From NCBI GenBank assembly GCA_028704015.1, contig JAQVLT010000003.1, positions 36,997 through 100,996 on the forward strand: DNA of 64,000 bases, given 5' to 3'. Source of the stretch: Patescibacteria group bacterium. Its GTDB lineage: Bacteria; Patescibacteriota; Patescibacteriia; Patescibacteriales; JAQVLT01. Shown piece after piece: positions 34,958 through 44,318 of the stretch; position 1 is the first letter of the stretch, and every line of letters starts with the position of its first letter. The notes below the pieces were generated by a model that made no database searches, was not told the origin of the DNA, and saw only the letters and a list, made by a program, of their open reading frames with translations. The position numbers and the translations under genes were made by a program.

Positions 34958-35965
34958 TTAAGAAGATTTTTTCTCTAACTTTTCTAAATATTCAATGGAT
35001 TCAATAGTTCTTGCGCCCGTATTATCATTGTTTATTTCTAGTATCATCGGGGCGTTCGGACAATATTTATTTTTTAACTGGAAAAAATTATTCCAGTCTA
35101 CAATTCCTCTGCCTAGCGATTTATGTTCTCTTCTAAATCTATGTTTATTGTCTGGTGGCAAACTATTATCCGGCAAAGCATTTTCGGCTAGCACATCATG
35201 AATATGTAAAAGCTTAATATCCGCGCCTAACTTTTTAAACCAAACTTCAATTGGATATTGTTTTAATATTTGAGTATTACTTACAACGTGTCCGAAATCA
35301 AAAGTGTAACAAATTTTTGACAATGCTTCTTCAATAGGCATTTTAATTTTTCTTGAAACAATTTCTGCTATTTTTTTTCTTATAGCCATCATATGCTCCG
35401 GCTTTGTGCCTAATTTTTCCGGCTCATCATTTCGGCAGGTAACATTTTCTATTGCCATAACTCTACCGGCTTTTATTCCCTCGGCGAATAAATCCGCCAA
35501 TTCATTCGCTATAGAATTTGCTAAAGCAGTTTCTCTCCAATTTCCCAGCTCATCTAAGACTAAACTCGCGTCTTTCCAACCCGGATGTATATTATAAAGT
35601 TTAAAATTATTAGAATTGGCTGACAATTTTATCATTTCAACTATTTCTTTTCTTTGCGCCGCATCAATAACGCCCGTTTCTGTATCAAATTTAAGATTAT
35701 CTAAATGAATACTGGTATTGTCAGCGTCCTCATTTAAACCAGCCAGCAATTTTGTCATCTCTTCAATGTTTTCTGGACGAAATTGCATTGCTGGCGGATT
35801 GGCTTTATTGCAAACTTCTATTTTTCTTTCTATGGGTCTCATACCATTACAAACAATACCAATATTCGGAAATTTGTCCCTCAACATCTTAACCTTTAAA
35901 ATTAATTGCTCTGGATTAAAGATTTCTGAATTTAATTGCGGCTCCATTCCGCTGATGTTTTTCAT
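34958..35965 (-). CDS. xylose-isomerase-like TIM-barrel (sugar phosphate isomerase/epimerase family) protein
   Basis: 335 aa. LLHIHDV...HKSLGRGIVDWNNFF resembles the AP_endonuc_2 pattern. Confidence 0.45.
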   Translation of the reverse strand: MKNISGMEPQLNSEIFNPEQLILKVKMLRDKFPNIGIVCNGMRPIERKIEVCNKANPPAMQFRPENIEEMTKLLAGLNEDADNTSIHLDNLKFDTETGVIDAAQRKEIVEMIKLSANSNNFKLYNIHPGWKDASLVLDELGNWRETALANSIANELADLFAEGIKAGRVMAIENVTCRNDEPEKLGTKPEHMMAIRKKIAEIVSRKIKMPIEEALSKICYTFDFGHVVSNTQILKQYPIEVWFKKLGADIKLLHIHDVLAENALPDNSLPPDNKHRFRREHKSLGRGIVDWNNFFQLKNKYCPNAPMILEINNDNTGARTIESIEYLEKLEKKSS

Positions 35966-35989
35966 TGAAAATATAAATTTAAATTATTA

Positions 35990-37036
35990 CTATACCAAAT
36001 TTTTTCTCCTGATATATTCTACTAAATCCGCCATGCGGCAAGAATAGCCCCATTCATTATCATACCACGCGACGACTTTCAACAAATCGCCGTCAATTAC
36101 TTTAGTTAGCGACAAATCAACGATCGCGCTGGCCGGATTGCCAATAATATCGGAAGAAACAATTGGCTCTTCGGTTGCCTCCATAATTCCTTTTAGCCGC
36201 GCGCTCTGCGCTTCTTTTTTAAATATCTGGTTAACTTTTTTCTCGTCAACTTTTTTATTGGTAATAAAAACAATGTCGCAAATTGAACCAACCGGCACGG
36301 GAACGCGAATAGACATACCATCAAATTTTCCCGCCAAACCAGTAATAGTTTTGGTCGTGGCTATTGCCGCTCCGGTAGTAGTGGGAATAATATTAGTGGC
36401 GGCTGTTCGCGCGCGGCGCAAATCTTTATGTGGGCCGTCAACTAAATTTTGATCAGCGGTATACGCGTGCACCGTGGTCATGATCGCTTTTTTGATGCCA
36501 AAATTCCTGCGAACTACATCCGTTACTGGTGACAAACAATTTGTAGTGCACGAAGCCATTGATAAAACTTTATCCGACTTGGTAATTTTTTCTTCATTAA
36601 CACCCGGCACGATAGTTTTTACTTCTGTCTCGCCTTTTGCCGGCGCCGAGATTATTACTTTTTTCGCGCCGCCCTTCAAATGCAGGCCAGCATCTTCGGC
36701 CTTGGTAAATCTGCCAGTGCATTCTAAAACTATATCCACATCTAATAATCTCCATGGTAATTTGTCCGGCTCTTTAACGGCTAAAACTTTGTATTTTTTT
36801 CCTTCAATAATAATGCAATCGGCGGTTGCGCCGACTTTTTTATTATAAACACCATAGCATGAATCATATTTTAGTAAATGCGCCAAAGTTTTTGTGTCAG
36901 TCAAATCATTAATCGCAACCACCTCAATTTGCGGGCACCGTTCCAAAATTGCCTTAAAAGTAGCCCGACCAATCCGGCCAAAGCCATTTATCGCTGCTTT
37001 AATAGGCTTGGTTTTTAAAAAAATCTCCTTGATCAT
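35990..37036 (-). CDS. gap: type I glyceraldehyde-3-phosphate dehydrogenase
   Basis: INGFGRIGR, SCTTNCL, WYDNEWGYS. Confidence 0.93.
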   Translation of the reverse strand: MIKEIFLKTKPIKAAINGFGRIGRATFKAILERCPQIEVVAINDLTDTKTLAHLLKYDSCYGVYNKKVGATADCIIIEGKKYKVLAVKEPDKLPWRLLDVDIVLECTGRFTKAEDAGLHLKGGAKKVIISAPAKGETEVKTIVPGVNEEKITKSDKVLSMASCTTNCLSPVTDVVRRNFGIKKAIMTTVHAYTADQNLVDGPHKDLRRARTAATNIIPTTTGAAIATTKTITGLAGKFDGMSIRVPVPVGSICDIVFITNKKVDEKKVNQIFKKEAQSARLKGIMEATEEPIVSSDIIGNPASAIVDLSLTKVIDGDLLKVVAWYDNEWGYSCRMADLVEYIRRKNLV

Positions 37037-37107
37037 ATTTTTTTAAAATTAAATGATTAATGATAATATTATACCACATTTTAATAAAATAAAAAAAGCG
37101 TTAAAGC

Positions 37108-37632
37108 TTATGCAGCTGTTAACGCTTCACGGACCGCTTCATGATACCCTGGCGGACGCTTTCGGCTCTTCCCTCCATAGCCATGTGGATTGTTGCATCC
37201 GCCTCTGCCAGGAGCCTTCAGGCCGAATTTTCGTACTCGTTCTGCGATGGTAGTTTTGTGCAATCCAAACTTTCTGCCAATCGCATTGATCCCCATGCCT
37301 GAGCTTAACATCTTTTTGAGAAGCTCCCTTGTGTTTGTCGCTCCGTACTCCCCAAAAGATGCTTCAAATTTTCTTTCCACCTTATTGGCGGGAACCTCCA
37401 ATATTCTAAGAAGTTTTTGAACGAGATTGACTTCAAAACCGAGTTTCTTGCCAATCTCTTTTGCGGTTAAAAGCTCGTCCATGCTAAGACTGACGAGCAT
37501 ATCCGTAATGGTTTCAAAATGGAGAGCGGATGCCGCCTGCCTCCATTCCTCGAAATTTCTCTCTCTTCTACTAAAATCATCCCTTCTCAGACAGCGCATC
37601 GCTCTCACCTCCCTCCTGAATTTTATGTGCAT
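37108..37632 (-). CDS. GC-rich tandem helix-turn-helix protein, function unknown
   Basis: 174 aa. LTAKEIGKKLGFEVNLVQKLL and INAIGRKFGLHKTTIAERVRKFG are HTH-like. Basic, Gly-rich C-terminus. Confidence 0.5.
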   Translation of the reverse strand: MHIKFRREVRAMRCLRRDDFSRRERNFEEWRQAASALHFETITDMLVSLSMDELLTAKEIGKKLGFEVNLVQKLLRILEVPANKVERKFEASFGEYGATNTRELLKKMLSSGMGINAIGRKFGLHKTTIAERVRKFGLKAPGRGGCNNPHGYGGKSRKRPPGYHEAVREALTAA

Positions 37633-37767
37633 TTTTTCTTGTTCCTAATAAATTAGCTTTTTGAAAAACAAATGTCAAATAACTAAAACGACCCAAATCC
37701 TATGCAGGTTTCGGGTCGCTATTATCACTTTGTTTAAATTGTCTAACTAATCAATTATACAACTGAT

Positions 37768-38625
37768 TTATTTCTTGTTTCTATTCAAATCCACCTCCAC
37801 AATAATTCTGCCTTCGCTATTGCCTTTCTCTCCGGGAAATTCTACATCTACTGTCTGTTTTAAAATGTGATGCCCAACTACAACTCCCTTTTTTCCGTCC
37901 ACATCAACCTTTACTCCAAGCGGCGGCATTTTTTGCGACATATCTTTATATCCTTTTTCTTCATAAGCCAAACAGCACATTAAACGACCACAAATTCCGG
38001 AAATACGATCACTGCCGCGATGGGCACATTGCTGAACATCAGCCATCTCGGAGGTAATGGAAAATAAATCTTTCAAAAATTGCCGGCAACAAAGCTGACG
38101 TCCACAATGACCGTAGTCTCCCATTAATTTCGCCTCATCTCTGATGCCGATCTGCTGGAGCCTGATTGTGCGGCCGAAATGTTTAGTTAATTCTTTTACC
38201 AATTCACGAAAATCAATTCGTCCATCGGCAATAAAAGCAAAAGTAATGCGCGAATCATCATAAGCAAAATGAACATCAACCAATTTCATCGGTAATTTAT
38301 GTCTTTCAACAAATTTTTTACAATCTTCAAGCGCTTTTCTTTTTTCTCTGAAATCCGGTAATTTTTCCAAATCGGCTGGCAGAGCTTTGCGTAAAACCGG
38401 TTTTAATTCCCGGGTATAACTTTCTGTTTCCTCGTCTATCTTATCTTCTGTTTTTTCCTCGTTTATTTTATCCGCATCAAAATCGGCAAATTTAATAATT
38501 TTTCCCATTTCCATGCCTAAATCAGTCTGAACAATCACATAGTCGCCGACTCTTAGATCAAGCTTGGCAGGATCAAAATTATAAACTTTATCCCACGGAG
38601 CGAATTGTATTTGAACGACACGCAT
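37768..38625 (-). CDS. PSP1 domain protein (YaaT/RicT-like)
   Basis: HCGRQLCCRQFL and ICGRLMCCLAYE Cys motifs. Confidence 0.8.
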   Translation of the reverse strand: MRVVQIQFAPWDKVYNFDPAKLDLRVGDYVIVQTDLGMEMGKIIKFADFDADKINEEKTEDKIDEETESYTRELKPVLRKALPADLEKLPDFREKRKALEDCKKFVERHKLPMKLVDVHFAYDDSRITFAFIADGRIDFRELVKELTKHFGRTIRLQQIGIRDEAKLMGDYGHCGRQLCCRQFLKDLFSITSEMADVQQCAHRGSDRISGICGRLMCCLAYEEKGYKDMSQKMPPLGVKVDVDGKKGVVVGHHILKQTVDVEFPGEKGNSEGRIIVEVDLNRNKK

Positions 38626-38682
38626 ACAGATAGCAGATAGCAGATAGCAGCAAATTTCTGCCGTCTGCTATCTATTTTCTAT

Positions 38683-39486
38683 TTATAATGAATATCTGAC
38701 AAATTTCTCCACTTTCACATCGCCTAAAATATCCTGAACTTTTTTCTTGTCATCTTTAATATATTCTTGTTTATTCAGACAAACTTCTTCATAATATTTT
38801 GCTATTTTACCTTCCAAAATCTTCTCAATCATATTTTCCGGTTTGCCCTCTTTGGCTAACTGTTCGCGATAAATTTCTTTCTCTTTATTTAATTCCTCCG
38901 CCGCAACATCTTCCGGCTTGATATATTTTGGATTAGCCGCCGCAACTTGCATCGCCACGTCAACGGCTAAATCTTTTTGTCCTGATTTATCAAGAGCCAC
39001 CAAAACGCCTATCATTCCGCCCAAGTGTGAATAAGCGCCCACGGTCGCGCCGCTTAAAACGTCAAATCTCTTAACGCCCATTTTTTCGCCAATAACGCCG
39101 CTTAAACTATCCACACTATCCTTAACGCTAATACCGCCAGACAAAGTCAGATTCATCAACTCATCAAAATTTGTTGGTTTATCTTTTTTAATTAACACAA
39201 AAATTTCTTCGGCTAAATTTTGAAATTTTTCATTGCGAGCAACAAAATCGGTCTCCGCATTAATTTCCAAAATATAACCCTCTGTCGCATCATCATTAAC
39301 GCCAACTTTAACAATACCTTCTTTAGCTTCGCGGTCGCCTCTTTTAGCCGCCTTGGCGATGCCTTTTTTTCTTAAGAGTTCAATAGCTTTTTCCATATCG
39401 CCGCCAGCTTCATCCAATACGTTCTTACAGTCAGCCATGCCGGCGCCGGTTTTTTCACGCAATTGTTTTATTAATTCCATGCTCAT
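38683..39486 (-). CDS. tsf: elongation factor Ts
   Basis: LREKTGAGMADCKNVLDEAGGDMEKAIELLRKKG. Confidence 0.93.
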   Translation of the reverse strand: MSMELIKQLREKTGAGMADCKNVLDEAGGDMEKAIELLRKKGIAKAAKRGDREAKEGIVKVGVNDDATEGYILEINAETDFVARNEKFQNLAEEIFVLIKKDKPTNFDELMNLTLSGGISVKDSVDSLSGVIGEKMGVKRFDVLSGATVGAYSHLGGMIGVLVALDKSGQKDLAVDVAMQVAAANPKYIKPEDVAAEELNKEKEIYREQLAKEGKPENMIEKILEGKIAKYYEEVCLNKQEYIKDDKKKVQDILGDVKVEKFVRYSL

Positions 39487-39611
39487 ATTATTTTTTAGAA
39501 CAAGAACTTTAAGATATTTAAGATCATTAGGATAATTAGGAAAAATATCCTAAATACCGCAAAAATCCTAATAATCTTAACGCTCTTAATAATCTTAATA
39601 ATCCTAAATAT

Positions 39612-40304
39612 TTACTTCTTCGCTGCTTTTCCTTCTTCTACTGCTTCTTTTAATGTATTGATGATGAGTTTAATGGTTTTAGTGGCATCGTCATTCGTGG
39701 GAATAATATAATTCACATTATCCGGATTAACATTAGTATCGCAAACTGCAACAACCGGAATATTTTTTTTCTTTGCTTCCGCGACTGCTGTGGCTTCGTG
39801 TTTAATATCCCAAACAAATACGACATCCGGAATTTTTAACAAATTAACTAAACCGCCAACACGTAGTTCTAGCTTGGCGATTTCACGGTCAAAATCAAGT
39901 TGTTCTTTCTTGGTATATTTTTTCAACTCTCCGATTTCTTTTCTTTTGGTTAAATCCAAATATCGTCTGATAGATTTTTTAATAATATTAAAATTCGTTA
40001 AACAGCCGCCCAGCCATTTGCCCACGATAAAAGGCATGCCGGTTTCTTCGGCCATTTTTTTCATTGTTTCTTTGACTTGCGGCTTTGTGCCGACAAAGAG
40101 AACAACCTTGCCTTCGCTTATCATTTTAGTAATAAACTCAAGCGCCTCAGCTAATAACTTCTGGGTTTTAGCCAAATCAATAATGTGCACGCCGTTTCTT
40201 TCGCCGTAAATGTACGGTTTCATTTTCGGGTGCCATCTTGATGTACGATGCCCAAAGTGCATTCCCGCCTTAAGCATCTCTTCTAATGTTGGGATTTTTG
40301 TCAT
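39612..40304 (-). CDS. rpsB: 30S ribosomal protein S2
   Basis: MLKAGMHFGHRTSRWHPKM. The ORF track starts at TTG 40346; ATG 40304 follows AAAGGA. Confidence 0.93.
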   Translation of the reverse strand: MTKIPTLEEMLKAGMHFGHRTSRWHPKMKPYIYGERNGVHIIDLAKTQKLLAEALEFITKMISEGKVVLFVGTKPQVKETMKKMAEETGMPFIVGKWLGGCLTNFNIIKKSIRRYLDLTKRKEIGELKKYTKKEQLDFDREIAKLELRVGGLVNLLKIPDVVFVWDIKHEATAVAEAKKKNIPVVAVCDTNVNPDNVNYIIPTNDDATKTIKLIINTLKEAVEEGKAAKK

Positions 40305-40349
40305 AAATTTTTTTCCTTTAGTCCTCTGCTCTCTTGTATTAGACAATCT

Positions 40350-40475
40350 GCTTAACTCGCGCCCAGCCGTAAACGGCAGGGCTATTTTGTTAAAGCCCCA
40401 TTAATGGGGCTTCCGCCTATCTAGCCCAATCCATTTATGGCCATGCCTACCGGCAGGCAGGTTGGGCGTAGAAAT
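40350..40475. repeat. GC-rich palindromic block in the rpsB 5' leader
   Basis: AAGCCCCATTAATGGGGCTT plus GCCCAA..CCTACCGGCAGGCAGG..TTGGGC. Shares the CCGGCAGGCAGG core with the other elements. Confidence 0.6.
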
Positions 40476-40619
40476 TGCCTAACAAGGAAATTGTTTTAGA
40501 GCATGAGAGATTAGTTTAAATTAAAATAATTGGGGAGAATATTCTCCGCCAATATTGTAAGTATAAATTATAATATTTTAAATAATTTGTCAAGAAAAGA
40601 TGCTCTAAAACTATTTCCC

Positions 40620-40648
40620 TTGAAAATATAAACATTTGTTGATATAAT
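40620..40648 (+). promoter_or_regulatory. sigma70-type promoter
   Basis: TTGAAA, 17-nt spacer, TATAAT (40643-40648). Confidence 0.45.
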
Positions 40649-40681
40649 TAAAATGGTTTTAATAATTAAAGTAAAAATTAT

Positions 40682-41482
40682 ATGGACGATTTAACAATAA
40701 CAATGACTGGCGCGGAAAAAGAAAAAACTTTTGATCAAACGCTGTCGGAACTTCCAGATTCCGTCAAGCAATTAATTCCTGATAATAATTTGGGTTATTA
40801 CAAAAAGACAAGCGAAATGCATTGTGACACAAAAAAACCGGGCGGTTCAAAATTTACTGAAATTGGCAATATTCTTGAAGTATTAAAAAAAGACGCTCCA
40901 AAAATTGATACTGGCGTCGAAAAGAGAACCGATGACCGCGAAGCTCTTTTGGCCGTAGGTGCAAGTGAAAGAGCATTTTTGCCAGCCACTAAAACACCAG
41001 GACAACCCGAAGGATTGCCAGAAGCTTTATATTTTAAAGTTGATGGATTTAAAGGGAAGCTGGGAATTATACAACTTAAAGATTTAGACCCCAACACAAA
41101 AATAATTATCCGTCGCGAAAAAAGCGTAATTGATGAAAAAACTGGCAAGGAAAAAGTTCCCTGTTCTTTTTCGGTTGTAAAAGAAACGGTTGAGGATATG
41201 CCCGATGTTGATTTTGCAACTGTGATCATTGGACGTGAAGGCGGCGAAAATGGTAACAATGAACTATGGACAATTCATCCAGGAGCGCCAATTAAATCTT
41301 CGGAAGGAGATTTTATTGCTGGTTCAGAAACTTTATCTGGGCCAAAAGAGGGCGAAAAACAAAAAGTTATAATTATTACTGCGGGAGAATTGCTTAAAAC
41401 AGAAAAAATGACTGAAAATGACTATGTAAAAATTATAAATGGAAAAGAAAATGACATCATTGATCAATATGAAAAAATTTAA
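40682..41482 (+). CDS. hypothetical protein (orphan, monocistronic)
   Basis: 266 aa with no motif recognised. Has its own promoter and terminator. Confidence 0.55.
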   Translation: MDDLTITMTGAEKEKTFDQTLSELPDSVKQLIPDNNLGYYKKTSEMHCDTKKPGGSKFTEIGNILEVLKKDAPKIDTGVEKRTDDREALLAVGASERAFLPATKTPGQPEGLPEALYFKVDGFKGKLGIIQLKDLDPNTKIIIRREKSVIDEKTGKEKVPCSFSVVKETVEDMPDVDFATVIIGREGGENGNNELWTIHPGAPIKSSEGDFIAGSETLSGPKEGEKQKVIIITAGELLKTEKMTENDYVKIINGKENDIIDQYEKI

Positions 41483-41529
41483 CATAAGATAAAATTAAAT
41501 TAATTATATATAAATTATTTATTTAAATA

Positions 41530-41560
41530 AAACCGAGAGCAAAACTCCCGGTTTTTATTT
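41530..41560. terminator. bidirectional hairpin ACCGAGAG-N5-CTCCCGGT with T-runs
   Basis: Read directly between convergent genes. Confidence 0.5.
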
Positions 41561-41574
41561 TTTATTCTTAATTT

Positions 41575-42765
41575 TTAAATCTCAATTATTCCCCCTCCCA
41601 ATATTTCATCACCTTTATAAAATACCGCACTCTGCCCAGCCGTAATCGCCCGTTCGGGTTTCTCTAGTCGTGCGAATAGGGCATTATCTTGCTCCCACGC
41701 GACATTACCCTGTTCTTTTTTAGCTCCCCTCGCCTGGCTGGCCTGCCTGCCGGCGAGGCAGGGAGAGGGACAGGGGGCGAGGGTGCATTTTATCGGCTTA
41801 TGCCGATATCTTATCACTACTTCACATTTAAACGGAAATTTCGGCTCTGCACACGAAACCCAATTCACGTTGCTGAGATAAAATTTATCGCTATAAAGTA
41901 GCGGGTCATCATGGTCGCTCGTCACATATAAAATATTTTTTTTATAATCGCACTTCACTACGTAATACGGCCCGGTGCCGCCAATCTCCACACCGCGCCT
42001 CTGCCCAATCGTGTACAACGGCAGGCCTTTGTGCTCGCCGACGACCTCTCCCCCGTCCCCTCTCCTAATTAGGAGAGGGGTGGCGGAGCCGGGGAGAGGT
42101 TTAGCGGAGGTGAGGGCAATAATCTTACCTGGTTTTAATTTTATTTTTCCTTTCAAAAATTCATTGTGCTCCCCGGGAAGAAAACAAACATCCTGGCTCT
42201 CGGTTTTTAAATTTGGCAAACCCGCTTTGGCTGCAATTTTTTTAATATCTTCTTTTTTGTAATCCCCAAGCGGAAATAAAATCTTTTGTAATTTTTCCTG
42301 TGTTAAAGTATATAAAAAATAACTCTGATCCTTACTCTCGTCCTTCCCCTTTATCAATTTATATAAATACTTTTTACTTTTTACTTTATACTTTTTACTT
42401 TTTACGTAATGACCTGTTGCCAAATAATCCGCTCCCAGTTCGCGCGCGATTTGTAAAAGCTTTCCAAATTTTATAAATTTATTGCATTTGACACACGGAT
42501 TCGGCGTAATGCCGCGCTCATAACTTTCTAAAAAATAATTAATAATTTCTTTTTTAAACTCCGGCGCCAGATTGACTGGATAAAATTTTATTCCCAACTT
42601 CTGACAGACATGCCGCGCCGCGTCCTCGGCATTTTTATTTTCCACGCCCAAACGCATAAAAACTCCCATTACTTCATAACCGGCTTTTTTTAATATCATT
42701 GCGGTAACGGAAGAATCCACTCCGCCTGATATGGCAACTATTATTTTTCTTTTTTTCTTTATCAT
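41575..42765 (-). CDS. mnmA: tRNA 2-thiouridine(34) synthase
   Basis: PP-loop VAISGGVDSS, NPCVKCN, TIGQRRG, AITAGQSAVFY. Two element insertions. Confidence 0.9.
   Translation of the reverse strand: MIKKKRKIIVAISGGVDSSVTAMILKKAGYEVMGVFMRLGVENKNAEDAARHVCQKLGIKFYPVNLAPEFKKEIINYFLESYERGITPNPCVKCNKFIKFGKLLQIARELGADYLATGHYVKSKKYKVKSKKYLYKLIKGKDESKDQSYFLYTLTQEKLQKILFPLGDYKKEDIKKIAAKAGLPNLKTESQDVCFLPGEHNEFLKGKIKLKPGKIIALTSAKPLPGSATPLLIRRGDGGEVVGEHKGLPLYTIGQRRGVEIGGTGPYYVVKCDYKKNILYVTSDHDDPLLYSDKFYLSNVNWVSCAEPKFPFKCEVVIRYRHKPIKCTLAPCPSPCLAGRQASQARGAKKEQGNVAWEQDNALFARLEKPERAITAGQSAVFYKGDEILGGGIIEI
41724..41786. repeat. GC-rich palindromic insertion (CCTGCCTGCCGGC family) in frame in mnmA
   Basis: CCCTCGCC...GCCTGCCTGCCGGCGAGGCAGG...GGCGAGGG. 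Translated PCPSPCLAGRQASQARG. Confidence 0.7.
42044..42100. repeat. 57-nt nested palindromic element, in frame in mnmA
   Basis: ACCTCTCCCCCGTCCCCTCTCCTAATTAGGAGAGGGGTGGCGGAGCCGGGGAGAGGT. Translated KPLPGSATPLLIRRGDGGEV. Confidence 0.85.
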
Positions 42766-42802
42766 GTTTGATGAGTTTGTATTAGCTAAAATATTAACAA
42801 TA

Positions 42803-42960
42803 AAATCCTAAATTCTAAACTCTAAATTCTAAACAAGCACAAAACTCAAAACACAAAATCCAAAACAACTTCTAAATTTTTAATTTTTGATATTTAAAAT
42901 TGTTTTGTGCTTTGGATTTTTAATTTTGGATTTGTTTAGAATTTAGGATTTAGTGCTTAG
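42803..42960. repeat. about 160-nt AT-rich imperfect hairpin in an intergenic spacer
   Basis: Outer 18-bp perfect arms AAATCCTAAATTCTAAAC (42803-42820) / GTTTAGAATTTAGGATTT (42934-42951), with further imperfect inner pairing. Confidence 0.7.
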
Positions 42961-42989
42961 AATTTTTTCAAACATTTTGCAGATTTGCA

Positions 42990-44231
42990 TTATATAAAAA
43001 TAAATGCGACTAGCAAACAAAACAACCCAATAGAAGACGCAATAATGTGCGGATGCTGTTTTTTTATTTCAATAAAAATATTTAGGAGAAGCGCAATAAA
43101 TAAAATTAAGGCCAAAATTTTAAAATACAGCGAACTCACGTCCAGAAGCGGCTGAATAAATTTTGATCCGGTTGATTTGATAAAAAAATACTGGCTCAAA
43201 ACGGAAGGCTGGAGTGGTTCCACGCCAGAGATATTGATATCACTTGTGTTTTTTTCGCCGTTAGCATTGTAAACGGTGATTGTTGGCAAAACTACCGGAT
43301 TAAATATCCGCTCTTTTTCTTCTTTGGTTAATACTGCATTGCCGATCCATTTATTTTTTTCACTCACATCTTTAGTCAAGGTAATCAAATAACCATTCAA
43401 ACTAACCTCCGCCTTCTCGGCGCCAATATTTAAATCGGCCACGACCTGCACCAACGTTTCTTTTTGAAAAGGAGAATCAGCCACGGAGATTTTACTATTC
43501 GCCGAATTAAACAAAATACTATCGCCATCTGTCGCAATTAAATCATTAGTAATTGTTTGTGAATTTATCTTGGGAATTGAAACGTCATCTTCTTTCTTGG
43601 CCGCGATAATTTCTTGTTTCTTGGTAATAGCTTTATTCTCGCTTGCCAACATTTCCTTGGTAATGCCGAAATATTGCGCGACAAAAGTGGTATTGCGATC
43701 ATTATACGGACCACTAGCGGCGCCCACGCCAATCTCACGGTAATCAGGATCAATCATATTGGCGTAATGCGTTTTGCTGTTTACCCAACCGTCTACCACA
43801 CCTTCGGGAGCTGAAAATCCCATGGCCAAATTTTCCCCAGCCATCGCATAATCATATTTTACAATTTTTAGCCAATCACGAAGACTTCTATTATCCGGAC
43901 CAACATGCGCGAAATATTGATTGATAATCATATCTTCCGCCTTGGCGAGCGCCGCATTATTCAAAAACTGATTTTCAGCTAATACGTAAAGTCCTAAATT
44001 TCTTCTAATATCATTAGTCAATTTAATAATTTTTTTACTCTGTTCGGCTTCCACCTCAGGCGTTAGCCACGCTTCCATTGGAAAAGCCACGATCAAAAGC
44101 ACCACCGCAACTTTTATTGCAATCGCGCTTAAGGCATGAAAAAACAACCGCTTTGGATGTAGAGACTTTGGTTTATAATTATTACCCGCGTGCGGAATAA
44201 AAAGGTCTTTAATTGTATTTACATCAAACAT
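42990..44231 (-). CDS. CAP/SCP/PR1-domain protein with N- and C-terminal TM segments
   Basis: YFAHVGPDN...GENLAMGF...GWVNSKTHYANMIDPDYREIGVG. Confidence 0.75.
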   Translation of the reverse strand: MFDVNTIKDLFIPHAGNNYKPKSLHPKRLFFHALSAIAIKVAVVLLIVAFPMEAWLTPEVEAEQSKKIIKLTNDIRRNLGLYVLAENQFLNNAALAKAEDMIINQYFAHVGPDNRSLRDWLKIVKYDYAMAGENLAMGFSAPEGVVDGWVNSKTHYANMIDPDYREIGVGAASGPYNDRNTTFVAQYFGITKEMLASENKAITKKQEIIAAKKEDDVSIPKINSQTITNDLIATDGDSILFNSANSKISVADSPFQKETLVQVVADLNIGAEKAEVSLNGYLITLTKDVSEKNKWIGNAVLTKEEKERIFNPVVLPTITVYNANGEKNTSDINISGVEPLQPSVLSQYFFIKSTGSKFIQPLLDVSSLYFKILALILFIALLLNIFIEIKKQHPHIIASSIGLFCLLVAFIFI

Positions 44232-44318
44232 AGCGCAAATTTTAAATATTAAATTTTAAATCAATTTTAAATGATAAATGACAATTAAAAATTTAATAAT
44301 TTATCATTCAATTAAAAT

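Noticed and set aside
40493-40604. GTTTTAGAGCAT and its reverse complement ATGCTCTAAAAC 100 nt apart, reminiscent of a type II CRISPR repeat start
   Set aside because: There are only two copies, they are inverted rather than direct, there is no repeat-spacer periodicity, and no cas genes are present. This is not a CRISPR array. It is probably an inverted repeat flanking the divergent promoter region.
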